Origin: an uncultured Acidobacteriota bacterium
Lineage (GTDB): Bacteria; Acidobacteriota; Polarisedimenticolia; J045
Assembly: GCA_963702425.1 (NCBI GenBank)
Contig: CAVPCQ010000013.1
Coordinates: forward strand, 1-47,616
Length of the DNA: 47,616 nucleotides
Reading direction: 5' to 3'
Position 1 is the stretch's first letter, and the number at the start of each line of letters is the position of its first letter. The notes below the pieces were generated by a model. It had not been told where the DNA came from, did no database searches, and saw only the letters and a list, made by a program, of their open reading frames with translations. Shown piece after piece: positions 42,045 through 47,616 of this stretch. Made by a program: the position numbers and the translations under genes.

Positions 42045-42503
42045 TCAGGCCTCGGCCCCGATGATCTCCAGCGATCCGCCCGCGGCCTCGACCCGGGTCC
42101 TGGCGCCCGCGCTCGCGGCGTGGACCCTCACCTTCAGCGCGATCCCCAGCTCACCCTTGCCCAGCAGCTTGACCCGCGCCGACTCGGTGCGGCTGATCAT
42201 CCCCATCGTGACCAGGGTCTCGGGGGTGATCTCGGTGCCGGGCGCGAGCTTGGCGAGCCGGCCGACGTTCACCTCGACGTAGCGCTCGGCGAAGATGTTG
42301 GTGAAGCCGCGCTTCGGAATGCGGCGCACCAGGGGCATCTGGCCGCCCTCGTGGCCGTAGCGGTGCGAGTAGCCCGAGCGGGACTGCTGGCCCTTGTGCC
42401 CGCGCGCGGCGGTCTTTCCCAGTCCCGAGCCGGGGCCCCGCCCCACCCGCTTGCGCGAGCGCGTGGCGCCCGGAGCCGGTCCGATCTCGTGCAGCCTGCT
42501 CAT
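42045..42503 (-). CDS. rplO: 50S ribosomal protein L15
   Basis: RVGRGPGSGLGKT, EGGQMPL.RRIPKRGF. Confidence 0.97.
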   Translation of the reverse strand: MSRLHEIGPAPGATRSRKRVGRGPGSGLGKTAARGHKGQQSRSGYSHRYGHEGGQMPLVRRIPKRGFTNIFAERYVEVNVGRLAKLAPGTEITPETLVTMGMISRTESARVKLLGKGELGIALKVRVHAASAGARTRVEAAGGSLEIIGAEA

Positions 42504-42507
42504 GAGG

Positions 42508-42696
42508 TCACTCCCCGTCCACGATCCGCACGAGGTGCGGGATCGTGTTCACCATGCCGCGCACGGCCGCATTGTCCGGACGCTCCACGACCCGGTTCAT
42601 GCGGCCGAGCCCGAGCGCCCGCAGCACGAGCTTGTGCTTCGTCGGCGCCTGGATGCCGCTGCGGTACTGCTCGATCTTGATCGTCCCGCCGCTCAT
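42508..42696 (-). CDS. rpmD: 50S ribosomal protein L30
   Basis: [22 protein letters not shown]. Confidence 0.95.
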   Translation of the reverse strand: MSGGTIKIEQYRSGIQAPTKHKLVLRALGLGRMNRVVERPDNAAVRGMVNTIPHLVRIVDGE

Positions 42697-43268
42697 GCCT
42701 CACCTCCGCGGATCTCCTCGGGCGGGCGCGACGACGCCGCGGCGGCGCCCGGATCGAGGAGCTCGAGCGAGACACCGCGCAGGCGCGCGATCTCGCGCAC
42801 GTCCTTCAGCGACGTCAGGCCTTCGATCGTGGCCCGGACGACGTTGTGCGGGTTCTGCGTTCCCATGCACTTGGTGAGCACGTCGTGCACGCCGACCGAC
42901 TCGAGGATCGCCCGCACCGCGCCACCCGCGATGACGCCGGTCCCGGGCGAGGCCGGGCGCATCAGCACCTTGGCCGAGCCGTGGTGCCCGATCACCAGGT
43001 GCGGGATCGTGCGGCCTTTGAGCGGGACCTTGATCATCTTGCGCTTGGCGCGCTCGATCCCCTTGGCGATCGCGGCCGGCACTTCCTTGGCCTTGCCGGT
43101 CCCGTAGCCGACGCGGCCCTTGCCGTCGCCCACGACGACCAGCGCGGAGAACGAGAAGTTCTTGCCGCCCTTCACCACCTTGGTGACGCGGTTGATGTAA
43201 ACGACCTGGTCCCGGAGGTCGGAGCCCTCGCGGTCGCGATCCCGGTCCCTGTCCCTATCGAACGCCAC
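42693..43268 (-). CDS. rpsE: 30S ribosomal protein S5
   Basis: [32 protein letters not shown]; GTG start. Confidence 0.97.
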   Translation of the reverse strand: MAFDRDRDRDRDREGSDLRDQVVYINRVTKVVKGGKNFSFSALVVVGDGKGRVGYGTGKAKEVPAAIAKGIERAKRKMIKVPLKGRTIPHLVIGHHGSAKVLMRPASPGTGVIAGGAVRAILESVGVHDVLTKCMGTQNPHNVVRATIEGLTSLKDVREIARLRGVSLELLDPGAAAASSRPPEEIRGGEA

Positions 43269-43295
43269 GACGCCCTCCGTTCGGCCGGCCGGCCG

Positions 43296-43664
43296 TCAGA
43301 ACTTCAGACCGCCCTCGCGGGCGGCGTCGGCCAGTGCCTTGATCCGGCCGTGATAGCGGTACCCGCCCCGGTCGAAGGTGACACTCTCGATCCCCTTCGC
43401 CTTGAGACGCCCGGCGATCTCCGCGCCGACGACCTTCGCCGCCTCGAGGTTTCCGCCGCGCGCCGACTTCTCGCGGCACGCCGCGTCGAGCGACGAAGCG
43501 GCCGCGACCGTGTGCCCGCGGCTGTCGTCGATTGCCTGGACCGAGATGTTCTTGAGGCTGCGGTAGACCGCCAGCCTCGGGCGCTCGGCCGTGCCGGCGA
43601 CGCGCGCGCGGATGCGCTTGCGCACCTTCGTGCGGGCCGCTTCGCGGTTCTTCATCGTATACAT
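43296..43664 (-). CDS. rplR: 50S ribosomal protein L18
   Basis: [34 protein letters not shown]. Confidence 0.97.
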   Translation of the reverse strand: MYTMKNREAARTKVRKRIRARVAGTAERPRLAVYRSLKNISVQAIDDSRGHTVAAASSLDAACREKSARGGNLEAAKVVGAEIAGRLKAKGIESVTFDRGGYRYHGRIKALADAAREGGLKF

Positions 43665-43686
43665 GCCTACCTCGCGTCCCTTGCCG

Positions 43687-44229
43687 CTACTTGCCGGCGG
43701 CCTTGCCCGGCTTGAGGTGGATGACCTCTCCACGGAATTTCACGCCCTTCCCCTTGTATGCATCGGGTGGGCGCAGGGCACGCAGCTCGGCGCACAACTG
43801 CCCGATCTGCTGCTTGTCGATCCCGTTGAGGATCAGCACCGTGTTCTTCTCTTCGACCTTCGCGGTCACGCCCTGGGGTAGCTTGTAGATCACCGGATGG
43901 CTGTAGCCGAGCGCGAACTTGAGATCGGAGCCCGCGCTCTCGACGCGGTAGCCCGTCCCGACGACCTCCATCTGCTTCTCGTAGCCCTGCGTGACGCCGA
44001 CCACCGCGTTCGCAAGGAGGGCGCGCGTCAGGCCATGCAGGGCCCGTCGCGGCTTGCTGTCGTCGGAGCGCTTGACGTTCGCCGACGGACCCTCGACCGC
44101 GACGGAGATCCCGCGCGGAACCGGCACGCTGAGGGTTCCCTTCGGGCCCTTCACCTCGACGTGGCCGTCCGTCTCCCGGAGGGTGACCCCCGCGGGGAGC
44201 GGTACGGGCTTGAGGCCGATGCGCGACAT
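43687..44229 (-). CDS. rplF: 50S ribosomal protein L6
   Basis: [19 protein letters not shown]. Confidence 0.97.
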   Translation of the reverse strand: MSRIGLKPVPLPAGVTLRETDGHVEVKGPKGTLSVPVPRGISVAVEGPSANVKRSDDSKPRRALHGLTRALLANAVVGVTQGYEKQMEVVGTGYRVESAGSDLKFALGYSHPVIYKLPQGVTAKVEEKNTVLILNGIDKQQIGQLCAELRALRPPDAYKGKGVKFRGEVIHLKPGKAAGK

Positions 44230-44242
44230 CGCCGTTCTCCCT

Positions 44243-44641
44243 TTACCAGATGTTGCAGATCCACTCGCCGCCGATACCCAGCTGGCGAGCGGACCGGCCG
44301 TCGAGGACGCCCCGCGACGTCGACAGGATGGCGATTCCCATCCCACCGAGGACGTCCGGGATCTCCTCGCGGCCGATGTAAACGCGCCGCCCCGGCTTGC
44401 TCACCCGCTCGAGCCCGTTGATGACCCGCTCACCGTGCGGGCCGTACTTGAGCTCGATCGAGAGCGTGCCCTGCGGGCCGTCGTCCTCGTGCCGGAAACT
44501 CTTGATGTAGCCTTCTTCCTTCAGGATCTTGGCGATATCGCACTTGATCCGTGAGGAAGGCATGGTGACGCTGGCGTGATTGGCGAGCAGCCCGTTTCTC
44601 ACGCGCGTCAGCATGTCTGCGATGGGGTCCGTCATCGACAT
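44243..44641 (-). CDS. rpsH: 30S ribosomal protein S8
   Basis: TDPIADMLTRVRN, SKPGRRVY, ILSTSRG. Confidence 0.97.
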   Translation of the reverse strand: MSMTDPIADMLTRVRNGLLANHASVTMPSSRIKCDIAKILKEEGYIKSFRHEDDGPQGTLSIELKYGPHGERVINGLERVSKPGRRVYIGREEIPDVLGGMGIAILSTSRGVLDGRSARQLGIGGEWICNIW

Positions 44642-44663
44642 CGTGTTCGTCCTCTGTTACCGG

Positions 44664-44849
44664 CTACCAGCTGGCCTTGCGGACGCCGGGGATCAGGCCC
44701 TGAAGGCTCAGGTCGCGAAAGCAGATGCGGCACATCGCAAAGCGCCGCAGATAGGCCCGCGGGCGACCGCAGCGCTTGCAGCGGTTGCGGACCCGCACGC
44801 CGAACTTGAGCGTCTTGAGCTGGCGAGCCATCTTGGCGGTCGTGGCCAC
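44664..44849 (-). CDS. rpsN: 30S ribosomal protein S14 type Z
   Basis: [25 protein letters not shown]; 61 aa. Confidence 0.97.
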   Translation of the reverse strand: MATTAKMARQLKTLKFGVRVRNRCKRCGRPRAYLRRFAMCRICFRDLSLQGLIPGVRKASW

Positions 44850-44887
44850 GGTCGTCTCCTTGACTCTCTCTTGCGTCGTTCCCGCGC

Positions 44888-45436
44888 TCAGCGCGTGAAC
44901 GGCATTCCCAGCCGGGCCAGCAGTTCCTTGGCCTCCGGGTCGGTCTTCGCGGAAGTGACGATCGTGATGTTCATGCCGATCGCCTTCTGCACCTTGGTGT
45001 AGTTGATCTCAGGGAAGATCAGCTGGTCCTTGATCCCGAACGTGTAGTTGCCGCGACCGTCGAACGCCCGCGACGGCACGCCGCGAAAGTCGCGGACGCG
45101 CGGCAGCGAGACGTTCACCAGGCGGTCGAGGAACTCCCACATCCGCGACTGGCGCAGCGTCACCGCGACGCCGATCGGCATCCCCTCGCGGAGCTTGAAG
45201 TTGGCGATCGACTTGCGCGATTTCCGCACGGTCGGCTTCTGGCCGGCGATCTCGGTCAGCTCCGCCAGCGCCTCTTCGAGCATCTTCGGGTCGCGGGACG
45301 CCTCGCCCACGCCCATGTTGAGGACGACCTTCTGCACGGTCGGCACGGCCATCCGGTTCGGATAGCCGAAGCGCTCGACCAGCGCGGGCCGGACCTCGTC
45401 CTCGAACATCTTCTTCAAACGCGGTACGTACGCCAT
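44888..45436 (-). CDS. rplE: 50S ribosomal protein L5
   Basis: [33 protein letters not shown]. Confidence 0.97.
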   Translation of the reverse strand: MAYVPRLKKMFEDEVRPALVERFGYPNRMAVPTVQKVVLNMGVGEASRDPKMLEEALAELTEIAGQKPTVRKSRKSIANFKLREGMPIGVAVTLRQSRMWEFLDRLVNVSLPRVRDFRGVPSRAFDGRGNYTFGIKDQLIFPEINYTKVQKAIGMNITIVTSAKTDPEAKELLARLGMPFTR

Positions 45437-45444
45437 GGTGATCC

Positions 45445-45779
45445 TCAGCGATCGAGCTCGGCGCCGGAGCGCCGCGCGACGCGGACCTTGCGCTGGGTGC
45501 CATCGACACCGGCGAGAAGCTTGTGGCCGACCCGGGTCGACTTGCCGGTCTGCGGGTCGAGTTGCATCAGCTTGCTGGTGTGGATCGCGGCCTCACGCTC
45601 CACGATCCCGCCCTTCACGCCCAGCCGCGGGTTGGCTCGGGCGTGCTTCTTGATCATGTTCACGCCTTCGACGACGGCGCGGGATTTCTCGGTGTTCACG
45701 CTGAGCACCCGGCCGCGCTTCCCCTTGTATTTCCCGCTGATCACGACGACCTCGTCGCCCTTGCGAACGTGCGCCGCCA

Positions 45780-45780
<1 letters not shown>
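45445..45780 (-). CDS. rplX: 50S ribosomal protein L24
   Basis: [32 protein letters not shown]. Confidence 0.96.
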
Positions 45781-46144
<364 letters not shown>

Positions 46145-46148
<4 letters not shown>

Positions 46149-46474
46149 GGCGGCCTCCTACTCCCCGGCCTCCCGGCCTGGGGCGCGGCGACCGGCGTGA
46201 GGCCACTCTCGGCGCGGGCGATGATCTGCTTGACGCGCCAGCGCTTCCGGGCCGACAGCGGGCGGGTCTCCACGATCTCCACCTTGTCGCCGATTCCGCA
46301 GGCTTCGCGCTCGTCGTGGGCCATGAAGGACTTCGACCGGCGCACGTACCGCCGGTAGGTCGTGTGCTGGACGAGGCGTTCGACCTCGACCTTGACGGTC
46401 TTGGCCCCCGGCTTGCTCACGACGACGCCGACCTTGCGCTGGCCGGCCCCCCGGGTGGTCGTTTCCGCGGACAT
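46145..46474 (-). CDS. rpsQ: 30S ribosomal protein S17
   Basis: [26 protein letters not shown]. Confidence 0.95.
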
Positions 46475-46683
46475 CAGCGGCTCTCCTTGGACACGCTACC
46501 CCGCTTCTGGCGGAGCGCGGTCAGGATCTGCGCCAGGTCGCGACGCGTCTGGCGCAGCTTGTGCGGCTTCTCCAGCTGCCCGATGGCGTGCTGGACCCGC
46601 AGGTTGAAGAGCGCCTGGCGCAGCGACAGCTCCTCCCGGAGCAGGTCGTCGACGCCCATGTCGCGCAGCTTCGTAGTCTTCAT
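46474..46683 (-). CDS. rpmC: 50S ribosomal protein L29
   Basis: LFNLRVQHAIGQLEKPHKL..RRDLAQILT. Confidence 0.95.
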   Translation of the reverse strand: MKTTKLRDMGVDDLLREELSLRQALFNLRVQHAIGQLEKPHKLRQTRRDLAQILTALRQKRGSVSKESR

Positions 46684-46693
46684 CGTCCCATCC

Positions 46694-47107
46694 TCAGGCC
46701 GGCGTCCGGCGCACGAACTTCGAAGAGATCGGCAGCTTCGACGCCGCGAGTTGCATCGCCTGCGTGGCCACGTCCTCCGGGACCCCCTGCAGCTCGAACA
46801 GGATCTTGCCCGGCTTGACGACGGCCACCCAGTGATCCGGAGCCCCCTTGCCGGAGCCCATGCGCGTCTCGGCAGGCTTCTTGGTGATCGGCTTGTCCGG
46901 GAACAGCCGGATCCAGAGCTTGCCGCCGCGCTTGACGTGACGGGTGATCGCAACGCGGGCCGCCTCGATCTGGCGGGCCGTGATCCAGCCGCACTCCATC
47001 GCCTTCAGGCCGTAGTCGCCGAAGGCGATCGTGGCGCCGCGCGTGGCGATGCCCGACATCCGCCCCTTCATCATCTTGCGGTGCTTGGGCTTCTTTGGTT
47101 CCAGCAT
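46694..47107 (-). CDS. rplP: 50S ribosomal protein L16
   Basis: [27 protein letters not shown]. Confidence 0.97.
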   Translation of the reverse strand: MLEPKKPKHRKMMKGRMSGIATRGATIAFGDYGLKAMECGWITARQIEAARVAITRHVKRGGKLWIRLFPDKPITKKPAETRMGSGKGAPDHWVAVVKPGKILFELQGVPEDVATQAMQLAASKLPISSKFVRRTPA

Positions 47108-47137
47108 CGTCGTGCTCCCGCCGAGGGCTCCTGGCCC

Positions 47138-47616
47138 TCAGCGCTGCATTCCCTGGCGCGGCACGATCTCGGTCTGCTCGCCGCGATAGATCCACACCTT
47201 CACGCCGATCACCCCGTAGGTCGTGCGGGCCTCGGCGAAGCCATAGTCGATGTCGGCCCGCAGCGTGTGCAGCGGAAGCCGTCCGTGCAGGTACCACTCC
47301 GCGCGCGCGATCTCGTGGCCGGCGAGCCGGCCGGCCAGTCGCACCTTGATCCCCTTGGCCCCGAAGCGCTGGGCCGATTCGACGGCCTTGCGCATGGCGC
47401 GCCGGAACGCGATGCGGCGTTCCAGCTGGCTGGCGATCCCCTCGCCGACCAGCTGCGCGTCGAGCTCGGGCTTCTCGACCTCGAGGATGTTCAGGAACAC
47501 CTCGCGGCCGGTACGCTTCTTCAGGTCCTCGCGCAGCTTGTCGACCTCCGTCCCCTTGCGGCCGATGATGATCCCCGGCCGCGCGGTGAAGAGATTGATC
47601 TTCAGCTTGTGCTCGC
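47138..47616 (-). CDS. rpsC: 30S ribosomal protein S3 (5' end outside window)
   Basis: [44 protein letters not shown]. Confidence 0.97.
   Translation of the reverse strand, partial: EHKLKINLFTARPGIIIGRKGTEVDKLREDLKKRTGREVFLNILEVEKPELDAQLVGEGIASQLERRIAFRRAMRKAVESAQRFGAKGIKVRLAGRLAGHEIARAEWYLHGRLPLHTLRADIDYGFAEARTTYGVIGVKVWIYRGEQTEIVPRQGMQR

Overview
Very GC-rich bacterial chromosomal window, probably Acidobacteriota (inferred from the RpoA start KGFQKPK, the L14 start MIQMRT...[14 protein letters not shown] and the lipid A/heptose gene order). The right end (35.9-47.6 kb, minus strand) is the S10-spc-alpha ribosomal cluster from partial rpsC to rplQ. It is followed on the same strand by carB and a GNAT/DUF2156 pair. 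The middle holds a waaA-lpxK-lpxL-gmhB-rfaE1-rfaE2 LPS operon, mdh, a TPR protein, hypF, a DUF2058 protein, fbaB and an ECF sigma/zinc anti-sigma pair. The left third holds three large secreted repeat proteins (beta-helix, 14x FG-GAP, CRTAC1/ASPIC-UnbV), maeB, ktrBA and a stand-alone spdEFG1-type EF-G coupled to a P-loop ATPase. Best novelty candidate: two unrelated secreted proteins end in the same ~106-aa C-terminal domain (W..YD[IL]VxGDLxxL..C..R..C..GTY..RD..CP-stop), and a third may carry a permuted version, suggesting a lineage-specific sorting or anchoring system. Also notable: a REP-like 22/44-bp palindromic array, an MDH with a 5-residue active-site loop insertion, an unannotated Cys-rich small protein, leaderless-type promoters, and single-base frameshifts in secY and hypF (probably assembly errors). 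No rRNA, tRNA, CRISPR array or mobile element was recognised. All family calls come from motif recognition by eye, not database searches.
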